From positions 93,310,001 to 93,374,000 of the forward strand of contig NC_043004.1 in the NCBI RefSeq assembly GCF_006345805.1: a DNA stretch of 64,000 nt. The letters are read 5' to 3'. The notes below the pieces were generated by a model. It saw only the letters and a list, made by a program, of their open reading frames with translations, made no database searches and had not been told where the DNA came from. Below, piece by piece: positions 1 through 12,442 of the stretch (position 1 is the stretch's first letter; each line of letters opens with the position of its first letter). A program made the position numbers and the translations under genes. Source of the stretch: Octopus sinensis. Taxonomy: Eukaryota.

Positions 1-59
1 TATTCAATTAATCCCTTTCAGTAGCTTGCCACAAGTATTGAAGTATAAAACTGAACATC

Positions 60-485
60 AGGAGTGGCTGTGTGGTAAGTAGCTTGCTTACCAACCACAT
101 GGTTCCAGGTTCAGTCCCACTGTGTGGCACCTTGGGCAAGTGTCTTCTACTATAGCCTCGGGCCGACCAAAACCTTGTTAGTGGATTTGGTAGACGGACA
201 CTGAAAGAAGTCCATCATATATATGTATATATATATATGTATGTGCGTGTGTATAGGTTTGTGTGTCTGTGTTTGTTCCCCCACCCCCAACATCACTTGA
301 CAACCGATGGTGCTATGTTCACATCCCCGTAACTTAGCGGTTCGGCAAAAGAGACTGATAGAATGAGTACTAGGCTTCCAAAGAATAAGTCCTGGGGTTG
401 ATTTGCTCGACTAAAGGCGGTGCTCCAGCATGGCCGCAGTCAAATGACTGAAGCAAGAAAAAGAGTAAAAGAATAAAGAGAGTAG
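60..485 (+). mobile_element. tRNA-head SINE family A (about 420 bp, internal (TA)n/(TG)n, AAAGAGT tail)
   Basis: A-box/B-box-like head GGAGTGGCTGTGTGGTAAG...GGTTCAGTCCC. Other near-full copies: 918-1330(+), 12642-13030(+), 15363-15765(+), 15812-16295(-), 16530-17000(+), 20455-20862(+), 26767-27155(+), 45935-46352(-), 50805-51200(+), 55038-55488(-), 56636-57022(-). Confidence 0.9.
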
Positions 486-3400
486 CACACATGAGTTTTC
501 TAGTTTCAGTTTATATCTTTAAGACCATCCTCCTTCTCTTTCAACTGGGGTGGTCATGTATCTTCTCAGAGCAAGACACTTATTCCTGTCCCTGCTATCA
601 TTCTTAACCTCTCCCCACCTGGCATAAAAAACCACCTCCTTCAGTACTACTCGTCCACCTTGGTTGAGTGATCTTGTCTTGCAAGTTACTTGGTAACTGT
701 GCTAGTACTGCTATCACGTATAAAGCACTCAGTACTCTCTGTAAAGTGGTTAGCATTAGAAAAGGCACTCAGCCATAGAAACCATGCCAAAGCTGACATT
801 AGACCATGACATAGTTTTCCGATTGTTAGCTCCTGTGAAACCATCCAACCCACACTTGTATGGAAAACGGATGTTAGATGATGATGATGTTGATGTAATA
901 CATACAAGTTATGGATAGGCACAGGAGTGGCTGTGTGGTAAGTAGCTTGTTTACCAACCACATGGTTCCGGGTTCAGTCCCACTGCGTGGCACCTTGGGC
1001 AAGTGTCTTCTACTATAGCCTCGGGCCGACCAAAGCCTTGTGAGTGGATTTGGTAGACGGAAACTGAAAGAAGCCCGTCGTATATATGTATATATATATA
1101 TGTGTGTGTTTGTGTGTCTGTGTTTGTCCCCCTAGCATTGCTTGACAACCGATGCTGGTGTGTTTACGTCCCCGTTACTTAGCAGTTCGGCAAAAGAGAC
1201 TGATAGAATAAGTACTGGGCTTACAAAAAGAATAAGTCCCGGGGTCGAGTTGCTCGATTAAAGGCGGTGCTCCAGCATGGCCGCAGTCAAATGACTGAAA
1301 CAAGTAAAAGAGTAAAAGAGAAAGAGTATAAAAAATGCATATGTAATATATAGTATATCTAGTTTCATTCAGTTCCATGTGAAGCCTAATCCTACAGGTC
1401 TTTGGTTTAGATGTGTTCCAGCCACTCCAGTCTTTTCTTTATTTTTATTTTTGCAGACCTTGTATAAAGGATTGTATTATCCAAAATGCTCTTCTTTTTT
1501 AAGATGATAGGATGAACTTTAAGGTAAGAGGTCATTATGGATTTTGTCCTTTTGGGGTTGATGAAGTAAGTACCAGTTCAGCATGTGTTGATGAAATCGA
1601 CTAACCTTCTCCCACCAAATTTCAGGCTTTGTGCTTATAATAAAAAGGGTTATTATTATTATTATTATTAATATTATTATTATTACTATTACTATTATTA
1701 TCACTATTATTATTACTATTACTATTATTTATTTTTCTTTATTACCTACAAGAGGCTAAACATAGAGGGGACAAAGCATTAAGTCGATTTTATTGACCCC
1801 AGTGCGTAACTGGTACTTAATTTATTGACCCCGAAAGGATGAAAGGCAAAGTCGACCTCGGCGGAATTTGAACTCAGAACGTAACGGCAGACGAAATACA
1901 GCTACGCATTTCGCCTGGCCTGCTAACATTTCTGCCAGTATTATATTTTACTTGCTCTGGTTGATTCTGTGAGAATGGACAGCATCCTGTTGCTAAAGGT
2001 CTCACAGAGTCTCTTTCCCCAAATTATAAGACTTGGCACCTAGGTGTGAAGTTTTATGGAAAATACTCAACACCCAAGTATCAATCTCAAAATCTTAGCT
2101 GTCTCTAATAGAGCAGTCTTTTGGGCATCCTTTCCCTCGTGTCAATTCCAATTTCTCTGACATGTTTCTTGAACTTGGTTGTTAGTGCTCTGTGTGACCC
2201 TACAACTACTGGGATGACAGTTACTCTCTCATTGACCACATTCTTGTGATTTCATCTTTTATTATTATTATTATTATTATTACCTCTGCTTGAGTGAAGG
2301 TGGAGGTATTGTTTTCAGTCGTGTTTGTTTGTCTGTGGACAAGATATCTCAAGAACCACTGGATGGATTCGGAAGAAACTTTCAGTGATGTTTGGCCTCA
2401 TGACTGGCATGAACTGATTAGATTTTAGGATCAATCCGTTATCGGAGAAAGATTCTGGATCATTTTTCGTTTTTTTTTACTTAATTTTTGAGAACAGTTG
2501 GGTTCATTTTTAGTATCCTTCTTTGTGAGAGCAGTCAAGTTTATTTCAGATATTCTCATTTATAAAATCATTTCCGACTAATCGTTGAGAGGACATTGGT
2601 GCTGCCTTGGCAGAGGTTTGTGCTCTCTGAGTGCTCTTGTTATTTATTGTTATCATTATTATTGAGTGAGAGAACAGTGCATGCCATCAAAATGACACTG
2701 GAGTACAGATATACAAAGCCCAATATAGCCATCATGACTACTTCTGTGACAAGGGTGTATCACAACTATATGTGCATGATATGGTGATGTCATATCAAGA
2801 TAAAAAACACGACCTTGCAGGTGGGGCCCAGTTAGAATTTTCTTCCAGTCAAGTAGCCCATCCCATTATTATTATTTTAATATTATTACCACTTTCATGA
2901 AGTTAATTAAATGCTTTCAATTATTCTAGTCATATAGTGAAGTAAATTTTGCTTTACACCTCATCACTGTTGATGAAGGTAGCAGTAGTTCACTTGTATA
3001 ACATTTACTTATATATAATTAATTCACTTAGCTTCCATAATGCATCCTTGCCAGGTTACCTTGTAGTATATTTTTTCCCCTTAAGCAATATAGTTTGTGC
3101 TATCTGCTGAACTATATGCATGTCTGTAATAAATGTGATGTAACATACTGAGGAAATTATATGAAACAGTCTTATTAACTGTAACACTTGACTTATGAGA
3201 GCACCAAGTCTAAATTTGGAAAGGCTATTATTCTCATTATGTTCGTCATTTGCCTGTTCTCTTGTTTCATCTTAGCATATCCTGTTCCTGTTTATGACAA
3301 TAACACAGGCATTATGTAGATTTGGTTACTATTTTCAGCCAGTTGTATAAACATGTAGAGACTCCCTTGTTCATTTCTTGATATATATAGATGCTGACAA

Positions 3401-3489
3401 TACTTTCTGTTGCTTGGTCCCACTCGGTGCCAATGGGTACTAGTAGAAAACATTTCTTGAGGTCTGTCATCAGATAGGAGAGAGGCCCT

Positions 3490-3725
3490 AAAGGCGGCGA
3501 GCTGGCAGAAACGTTAGCATGTCGGGCGAAATGCGTAGCCGTATTTCGTCTGCTGTTACGTTCTGAGTTCAAATTCCGCCGAGGTTGACTTTGCCTTTCA
3601 TCCTTTCGGGGTCGATTAGATAAGTACCAGTTACACACTGGGGTCGATGTAATCGACTTAATCCGTGTGTTTGTCCTTGTTTGTCCTCTCTGTGTTTGGC
3701 CCCTTGTGGGTAGTAAAGAAATAGG
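3490..3725 (+). mobile_element. tRNA-head SINE family B (about 235 bp)
   Basis: GGCGGCGAGCTGGCAGAAACGTTAGC...GAGTTCAAATTCCGCC. Other copies: 1735-1940(-), 24535-24770(+), 34025-34262(-), 51925-52160(+). Degenerate clusters at 11600-12290, 23780-25260 and 32460-32820. Confidence 0.88.
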
Positions 3726-5641
3726 AGAGAGGCCCTAATCATGTAAGCAATGCTTTGGAAGGATGTTTTATCTTATATGTACAATCACATATCTTATCCT
3801 TTTCTGGCTTGATACTTGTGCTTAATGAGTTCAGGATTTTGTGAGATGTGGCTGTTTAGTAAGAAGTTTGCTTCCTAACCACATTGTTTTGGCTTCAGTC
3901 CCACTCCTTGGCACTTAGTGACAGTGTCTTCTACTATAGCCCCAGGCCAACCAAAGCCTTGTGATTTTTATTTTGTTGATGGGAATCTGAAAGAAACCCA
4001 TCACATATATATATATATGATATACATTATATATTTATATATACACACTCACGGAGTGGTTGGCGTTAGAAAGGGCATCCAGCTGTAGAAACACTGTCAG
4101 ATCAGACTGGGCCTGGCGCAGCCTTCTGGCTTCCCAGACCCCAGTCGAACCGTCCAACCCATGCTAGCATGGAAAACGGACGTTAAACGATGATGATGAT
4201 GATATACATTACTACACATGTAGTCTATTTACTAATTATATACTATTTATTTATTATTTCGTACTTTATTGAGTTTTATGTAAATATTCTATCATATCTT
4301 TAATTTTTTTCTATATAGTATGATTTAAGTATATCATTGTTGAATTGCTACATGGTGGTTCTTCTCTAATTTATGTGTGTGTGAGTATTTGTGTTACTGT
4401 CTCCTTGCCTTGACATCACTGTCATGCAAAGTGTCTTTTGTTCTCAATCTTCTGTGAAAACATTTCCGGTCACGAGGAAATATTACATTACTTGGAAACT
4501 TGAAAGTGTAGCTGACAGGAAGGGTGCATCCAGTTGTAGAAAATTTGCCTCAACAAATTCTGTCTGGGCCATGTGAGCATTGAAAAAGTCATCATCATTA
4601 TCATCATCATCATCATCATTTAGCATCTGCTTTCCATGCTGGCATGGATTAGACAGTTTGACTGGAACAGGTAAGCCAGAGGGCTGCACCAAGTTCCAGT
4701 CTGATTTGGCTTGGTTTCTACAGCTGGATGCCCTTTCTAACACTGACCACTCCAAGAGTGTAATGGATGCTTTTTTATGTGCTACCAGCACAGGTGCTTT
4801 TATGTGTCACTGGCATGGGTGCTGGTTACATGATACCAGCATCAGCCAGAACTATGATTTCATTTGGCTTGATGAGCCTTCTCAAGCAAGGCATATCACC
4901 AAAGGTCTCGGTTGCTTGTCATTGCCTCTGTGAGGCCCAACTTTTGAGGATCATGCTTCACTGTGATGTCCCATGTCTTTCTGGGTCTACTTCTTCCACG
5001 ATGATGATGATGATGTCTTTGGCTACTGACTTCCAGCTGAGCTTCATACAGGGGTCAAAATTGGCAACTGATCTATTCCGGTCTCTTCTTTCCCTCCCTC
5101 CACCAACACTAACTCACTTTAACCCCTTCAATCACAGATAAAAAAAGTAAAACTATTTTAAAATTTTTATTTTTACCAAAATACAGGTAAATAACACACA
5201 TTTTTCAAGAATTCAATATTCAATAGGCTTAATTTTTGGCATGGATAAAAAAAATTTTGCTAACACTTGGTAAAAAAATACCAATTTACTTAGCTCTCTG
5301 AGATTTACAAGAAGACGCAGCCATTCTCTATGACTTGTGAGCAAACACTGAGTCAGAATCATGTGGTCTTGGTTATATATTCATTTTAGAGGTGTCCAAT
5401 GAATTGGTAACTGTGACTCAAATTAATTATAATTTATATTTGTTTTGTAATTTATGCTGAAAATTGTCCAATACATTGAACAAAGTAAAGAACACGAAAA
5501 GGAAGGATTCTATAAAAGATAAAAGATAATGAGACCCAAATTAATTTATCTTTGTGGACTTTGGTCTAAATTTGATACTACCCTCCACTTTTAAATCAAA
5601 AACTCACATCCTGTTCCATCGCTGTGACACTGGTATACTTG

Positions 5642-5659
<18 letters not shown>

Positions 5660-5688
<29 letters not shown>

Positions 5689-5921
5689 TTATAAGATATG
5701 TACTTATATATATATATATATATGTATATATATGTAATTGAAAAAATTCGTTATAGGTATAAAAGTACCACAAACAAGTATAAAAATGGAGAAAATATGT
5801 TAAAATCAAAATTGCTCTGGTTGATTTTTATGAATATGATGAATTTTTTTATTGGAAATTATTTTTTCTCTCCTTTTGGATCCTTCAAAAAGTTTGAATT
5901 GTTCTCTTTGAACTTAATTTT

Positions 5922-5993
<72 letters not shown>

Positions 5994-6183
5994 GAGGGCA
6001 CTACATGAGCACTGACTTCTACTTTTAGAGATGTAGGTGCTCATGTAGTGCCCTCGTGTATATGTGTATATATATATATAAGTACATATCTTACAATGTA
6101 TGTATATATTTTATTAATTTGCCTGTGTGGCTGATAATTCGCTTGTCACTCCATGATGATATTTTAATAATATCATCCCTTCT

Positions 6184-6217
<34 letters not shown>

Positions 6218-6233
6218 TTATAAGATATGTACT

Positions 6234-6264
<31 letters not shown>

Positions 6265-6448
6265 GTAATTGAAAAAATTCGTTATAGGTATAAAAGTACC
6301 ACAAACAAGTATAAAAATGGAGAAAATATGTTAAAATCAAAATTGCTCTGGTTGATTTTTATGAATATGATGAATTTTTTTATTGGAAATTATTTTTTCT
6401 CTCCTTTTGGATCCTTCAAAAAGTTTGAATTGTTCTCTTTGAACTTAA

Positions 6449-6508
<60 letters not shown>

Positions 6509-6770
6509 CACACACACACACACACCACACACACACATACGAGGGCACTACATGAGCACTGACTTCTACTTTTAGAGATGTAGGTGCTCATGTAGTGCCC
6601 TCGTGTATATGTGTATATATATATATAAGTACATATCTTACAATGTATGTATATATTTTATTAATTTGCCTGTGTGGCTGATAATTCGCTTGTCACTCCA
6701 TGATGATATTTTAATAATATCATCCCTTCTTATATATATATATAATATATATATATATATATACACGCAC
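5660..6770. repeat. Tandem duplication of an about 530-545-bp unit
   Basis: The unique sequence is identical in both copies (anchors 5691/6220 and 5993/6540); only microsatellite lengths differ. Confidence 0.92.
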
Positions 6771-8017
6771 ACACACACGTATTTGTGTGTGTTTGTATAT
6801 TGTTGCCATGATCAGCTCTTGAAGAATGAAGCAAAAGTTAAACTGTTACCATCATATTTACCTTACATATGTACAAGGGTGTGTTGAAAAGGTCCTGGCT
6901 TTGGGTAAAAGAAAATACAGGAGGATTAGTTAATTATGATTTTATCCAACATATTCACACACTTATTATTGCAGCAGTCCATCAGCTTTTCTAAGCCTTG
7001 TAAAAGAACTTGGAAGGTTGGTCTGCCAACCAAGCCTTTCGCAATATGCTTAAAGCCAGGAACTTTTCAACACTCCATCATATACATTATTCCATCTTAA
7101 TTCTCAAAATGATATCTGTGTAAAAGTAGTAAGTACCACCCTCCCTCACTATTCACCTCTACCTCTCTCACCAACATATCACTTATGATAGTTCAAAGTT
7201 GCTTTTAGTGGAGGCATGTGGCTTAGTGGTTAGGGTGATGGACTCATGATCGTAAGATTGTGGTTTCAGTTCCTGAACTGGGTGATGCGTTGTGTTCTTG
7301 AGCAAAGCACTTCATTTCACATTGCTTCAGTCCACTCAACTGGCAAAAATGAGTACTACTGCGACAGACTGGCATCCCATCCAGGGGCGGAATATATATG
7401 CCATGAAACTGGGAAACTGACCCCTGTGAGTTGGCATAATTCAAAAAGGTAACTTTACCTTTATAAATAACAGTTCTGCTGCTAGTTCCACATCATTTGC
7501 CTTGTATATTGTTTTCAGCTTCACACTGTACACACATAGACACATACACACACTCAGAAAAACACCATCCCGAACTCTCAGACTCACCATCATGTGTGTA
7601 AATTCTTCTGATTGCCACAGATGCCAAGGAACAACTGTTTCGGAATGTTGTTGTCTTTCATTACATTTGACATTGTAATTGTTGCTGACATGAGACTGAC
7701 TTCGAGCTTGGCAGTTGTACTATCTGCAACACTTTGGTGTTAGTGATTCTATCTTGCAATGAGATGCTTAAGATATTATGGAAAGAATTCGTCTTTCCCA
7801 TGAGTCATGACTAAGTTGTTTGTGAAACACACACACATGTAGGCATGCATATATGTCTTTACATATATATGTGTCAGTAAATACATGATAGATCGTTAGC
7901 TCCTACACACATTTTTTCTCTCTTTTTTTTCTCCTTTTTTCTCTCCTTGTTTCTCTCCCTCTTTTTTTCTCTCCTTGTTTCTCTCCTTTTTTTCTCTCCT
8001 TGTTTCTTTTCTGTGTA

Positions 8018-8055
8018 TCTTTCTGTTGAAGAGCGTAGGCTCGAAACGTAAAAGA
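8018..8055 (+). ncRNA. Minimal hammerhead-like motif (core variant) inside a Penelope-like repeat (about 7890-8160)
   Basis: UCUUU-CUGUUGAA-GAGC(GUAG)GCUC-GAAA-CG-UA-AAAGA. A6 is substituted and there is an extra A after the core. Confidence 0.45.
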
Positions 8056-8421
8056 CTTTTTCTATTTCTTTTCCTAAGCGCTATTCTAATACATTTGTTT
8101 GTTTGTACTCCACCTGCCTTCGTCTTTTGTTTATTTTCGTAAACTTTCCCTTTACATATACATACATACACATATATATATATAGCTGATAAAAGAAAAG
8201 GAAGATGGATTTAATATGAATCTTTAAGGATGGATTTGTACTAAATCCATCTTCCGTTTCCTTTATCAACTATAAACTCAACAGACATTATGTATTTCCT
8301 GATGTAATGACGTAGGTCCTGTGAAAATTATATCATTCCGGTGGCTGACATCAGGTAGCCCAAACAGTGAATGTCCTTTAATTGACATACTCATAGACAT
8401 ATACATAAAGTCCAAGTAGTT

Positions 8422-8674
8422 ACGTGTGTGTGTGTGTGTGTATATATATGTATGTATATGTGTATGTATATATGTGTGTGTGTATATATATATATATGTG
8501 CGTGTGTATATATATATGTGTATATATATATATGTGTATGTATATATATATGTGTGTGTGTGTGTATATATATATATATGTGTGTGTGTGTATATATATA
8601 TGTGTGTGTGTATATGTGTGTGTGTGTATATATATATGTGTGTGTGTATATATATATGTGTATGTATATATATA

Positions 8675-8705
<31 letters not shown>

Positions 8706-9054
8706 GTGTGTGTGTGTATATATATATGTGTGTGTGTATATGTGTGTGTGTGTATATATATATATGTGTGTGTGTATATGTGTGTATGTGTATATATGTG
8801 TGTGTGTATATGTATATGTGTGTGTGTGTATATATATATATGTGTGTGTGTGTATATATATATATGTGTGTGTGTGTATATATATATATATGTGTGTGGT
8901 GTATATATATATATGTGTGTGTATATGTGTGTGTGTATATATATATGTGTGTGTGTATATGTGTGTATGTGTATATATGTGTGTGTGTGTATATGTATAT
9001 GTGTGTGTGTGTATATATATATATGTGGTGTGTATATATATATATATGTATATG

Positions 9055-9112
<58 letters not shown>
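8422..9112. repeat. Compound (TG)n/(TA)n microsatellite, about 690 bp
   Basis: Seen directly in the sequence. Confidence 0.97.
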
Positions 9113-9562
9113 GTACATCAACATCAAAATAAAAATCAAATGGAAAGATGTATATAAAATATACAAATGGTCTTAGTAAGTTAAGAATTTATCTTATTAA
9201 GTATTTAGAATATCTCTTTGTTTCTGTTCAAATTCATGTCACTGAGCACACTTTACATATATAATTTATTCAAGAACAATCAAATTATGTAATCCCCATA
9301 ATTTGAAACCAGTTTGGTAAGTGCCAATGCAAGAAACTGAACCCTTCAGTCACTCTGTAACTTGTGCTGATTATATAATATGTATTTATGTATTATACAT
9401 ATTAAATTTCTCATGAATTTAATCTGTTTGTTTTTCTCTTTTCTTTCTTCCAGTTCTATCACATGATGTTATGAAAGACTTGTGACAGAGAATCTTGAAA
9501 GTGTTGAAAAGTCTGGAGACGTTGAATATATTTTGTCAACCCCCTGTCAGGAGCAGGTTCCA

Positions 9563-9829
9563 ATGAAGCTTGACTGGATTACAGAGGTTGTCAGCCGTGA
9601 CAAAGTCATCATCCTGCTTGTTAATTATGCCTTCTTGCTTGTCGTAGTTGCCAGTTTCATGATTTTTCTCCTCTACCTAACGCAGGACCTCTCCCCAAAT
9701 ATCAACTGGTCGGCATCACTGATGCTCTTAGCTGCAGCTTTTGTTATAGCCAACATGTTTCTGGCCAGCTACATTGTCCAAGTGCTACATGTGCGCAATG
9801 AACTGCCTATGATATACTTTCAATCTTGA
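9563..9829 (+). CDS. Putative small two-transmembrane protein (88 aa from the first in-frame ATG; open from 9467), family not recognised
   Basis: Non-repetitive ORF with two hydrophobic segments (VIILLVNYAFLLVVVASFMIFLLYL and WSASLMLLAAAFVIANMFLASYIV), in an exon-like block that follows a strong pyrimidine-rich acceptor (TTCCAG ending at 9453). Confidence 0.6.
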   Translation: MKLDWITEVVSRDKVIILLVNYAFLLVVVASFMIFLLYLTQDLSPNINWSASLMLLAAAFVIANMFLASYIVQVLHVRNELPMIYFQS

Positions 9830-10178
9830 AAGTTGGTCATCTGTTCTGGCAACCTAATCCCCTTCCATCCATATTTTATTTGTGTCTTCACAAGTAAAAA
9901 ATTACAATTAAGTTAATTGGAGCAGTTTGTTTTAGTATTTACTAATGCATATGTATTGATGCTTGGTATACACATACATATGTTCTTTCTCTCTCTTTAG
10001 ATATAAATATATATATATGTTTTTGTATGTGAATATTGGTCTTATTCTATCTGGATTATATTTATATTTATGTGTATAATGGAAGATAATTCCAAATTAA
10101 TTCAAATAGAGATAAAATTAGGTGATACACTATAAACGTTTTAATAAGAAAGTTAAAATTTTAGCTTCATCCATTACC

Positions 10179-10754
10179 ATGGAGACCCAAGCTAACAAAA
10201 ATGACTCTTACATTTCAAGTATGAAAATCAAACCTGACCATTCGCATTCTTCTCACTTATCCCCACCACAAAATCTCCTTTATCCCTCTGACCAAAGCAA
10301 ACAACTGGACCCAATTGCTTCCACATTACTGAGTCCTTGTTCCAAATATACAGTGTCACAGCTTGTGGACAGCGCACAGATCCTTGTCTCAACATTTGTG
10401 TTCAGTCACTGGGACAACATCCTTGGACCTCGAGTTGAGCAAGTGTGGTTCAATGGTGAGGCTCTTCTGCTCGATCAAAGCACCCTTCTGCAGATCTGTA
10501 AGCAAGGTTTAGCTGGAGAACTATGTCGGGACTTAAGCAGCAGTATTACTGATTGGCGCATCCATACCATTCCGGACAAAAATGTTGCTGCAGTTGTATT
10601 TGTGTTCAGTGCTAATGGGACCAACGGCCTTTCTTTACATAGCTTCACTTTGATTATACAGTTGGACCAACTTGAATATTTTCTCCACCTCTCCGATCTT
10701 ATCTACAGCTGGATTAGCCGGATGGTTGGTAAATTACGTGTACTTCTTGAGAAG
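10179..10754 (+). CDS. C9orf72: C9orf72 orthologue, first coding exon (uDENN/longin region); acceptor TTTTAG ends at 10164, ATG at 10179
   Basis: Translation contains STFVFSHWDNILGPRVEQVW, matching human AATFAYWDNILGPRVRHIW. Kozak context is accATGg. The exon ends LRVLLEK|GTAAGC (phase 0). Confidence 0.93.
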
Positions 10755-12297
10755 GTAAGCATTTCTCTTTCTATTTATCTATATTTCTGTTTCTCTCTAT
10801 TGCTGGTGACCTAATAAACAATGTAAGTGAGTGTCAGGAAAGCATAGTAGTCAGAGTTATGACAGGGTTTAAAAGGCTCAGGGATCTCTTAACTCTGTTG
10901 GCATTGAAAAGGTTCTTTCGTTGAGTGTAAGGCAGATATATGTTGGTTGGTCAGCCTGGGACTAGAGAAGAAGATACTTACCCAAGGTGCCATGTAGTAG
11001 GACTGAACCCAAAAACCATGTGCTGGGAAGTGAACTTCTTTAACCACAAGCCATGCCTGTAGCTCAGTCATTTAATAATAAAGATTTTCTTATATGGGAA
11101 CAAATTCAGAAATTCTGTGGTGTGAGAACAATCAATTATATTGATTCCAGTACTTCACTGTTACTTGTTTTATCGACAAATGAGATCAGCATTGGTGAGA
11201 TTTGAATTCAGAACTTAAAGAGGTATAATTCAATACCGGGTGGCATTTTTTTTTTGATGTCCTAACAATTCTGTCAATCCATTACTAGTTGTAAGGATTT
11301 TTAACATAGGCACAGAGTCACATATTACGACGGATGCTGCTGTTTTGACATCAGTACATGACTAGTACTTTATTTTATTCACCTTAGAAGATGATGATGT
11401 TGACCTTAGAAGAATGACGGTGAAGAGGACACAGAGGTTTCAAATAGGGGCATAGCTAAATACTGGAAAGTATGGGTTTATTCCATTGCTATACTAATTC
11501 TTGGGCTGCCCTTAACATCTAATATCTAATGTAAGCGTGAGATCACATAGTTTTGAGCATGGAGCAGTTGAATTGATTGATCTTAAATATGTAACTATTA
11601 CATATTGGTTTCAAATTTTGGCACAAGGCCAGTAATTTCAGAGGATAGGGTAAGTTGATTACATCAGTTCCCATGCTCAACTGGTACTTATTTTATTGAT
11701 CCCTAAAGGATGAAAGGTAAAGTCAACCTTGGCGGAATTAAAACGCAGAACAGAAATACAAATGAAATGCTGGTAAGCATTTTGCCCGGCATGCTAATGA
11801 TTCTGCCATCTTTCTGCCTTGATAATAATAATAATAATCTGTTCTACTATAGGCATAAAGCCTGAAAGTGTTCAACTACTACTTTTGTAACCAGCCCTGA
11901 AAGGATGAGAGGCAAAGTCAGCCTTGACGTAAATTGAACTCAAAACGTAAAGAAGGATGAAATACCACTAAGTATTTTCTCTGGTGTGCTAATGATTCTG
12001 CCAGCTTGCCACCTTTGTAATAATAATAATAATAATAATAATAATGATAATCCTTTCTACTATAGACACAAGGCCTGAAATTTGCGGGGAGGGTATAGTC
12101 AATTACATTGACCCCAGTCCATAACTGGTATTTCTTTCATTAAACACTGAAAGGATGAGAGACAAAATCGACTTCAACGGAATTTGAACTCAGAACATAA
12201 GGACAGACAAAATGCTGCTCAGCATTTTGCCCGGTGTGCTAACAATTCTGCTACCTTGCCACCATAATAATAATGATAATATTAATAATAATGATAA

Positions 12298-12442
12298 TAT
12301 TAGGTTGTCCCAAAAGTTCGTAAACACTTGCGAAAATTGAATTTTTACTCGCCAAGTACTAACAAAAACAACAAAAATTATTCCTCAAAATAAAGACCAT
12401 TATTTTCCAAGACTTTCTACGAACTTTTGGGACAACCTAATA
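12298..12442. mobile_element. Short Tc1/mariner-type MITE
   Basis: TIR TATTAGGTTGTCCCAAAAGTTCGTA / TACGAACTTTTGGGACAACCTAATA in a TA context. Confidence 0.75.

Noticed and set aside
60-135. tRNA-like A/B boxes here and at many other sites
   Set aside because: These are heads of multi-copy SINEs with no complete cloverleaf or acceptor stem.
8420-9176. Four long overlapping ORFs (221-250 aa) upstream of C9orf72, and a possible analogue of the human GGGGCC repeat
   Set aside because: They are stop-free translations of a (TG)/(TA) microsatellite. I saw no GGGGCC array in the window and no evidence of homology to the human repeat.
9563-9829. Faint resemblance of the small ORF to TMEM243 (RDKVIILLV vs KDRIINLVV)
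   Set aside because: It is a short match in hydrophobic sequence with a different helix count, so no symbol is assigned without an HMM search.
10122-10814. The 230-aa ORF as a single-exon gene with a GTG start
   Set aside because: The acceptor at 10164, the strong ATG at 10179 and the donor at 10755 fit a spliced C9orf72. The extra ends are intronic.
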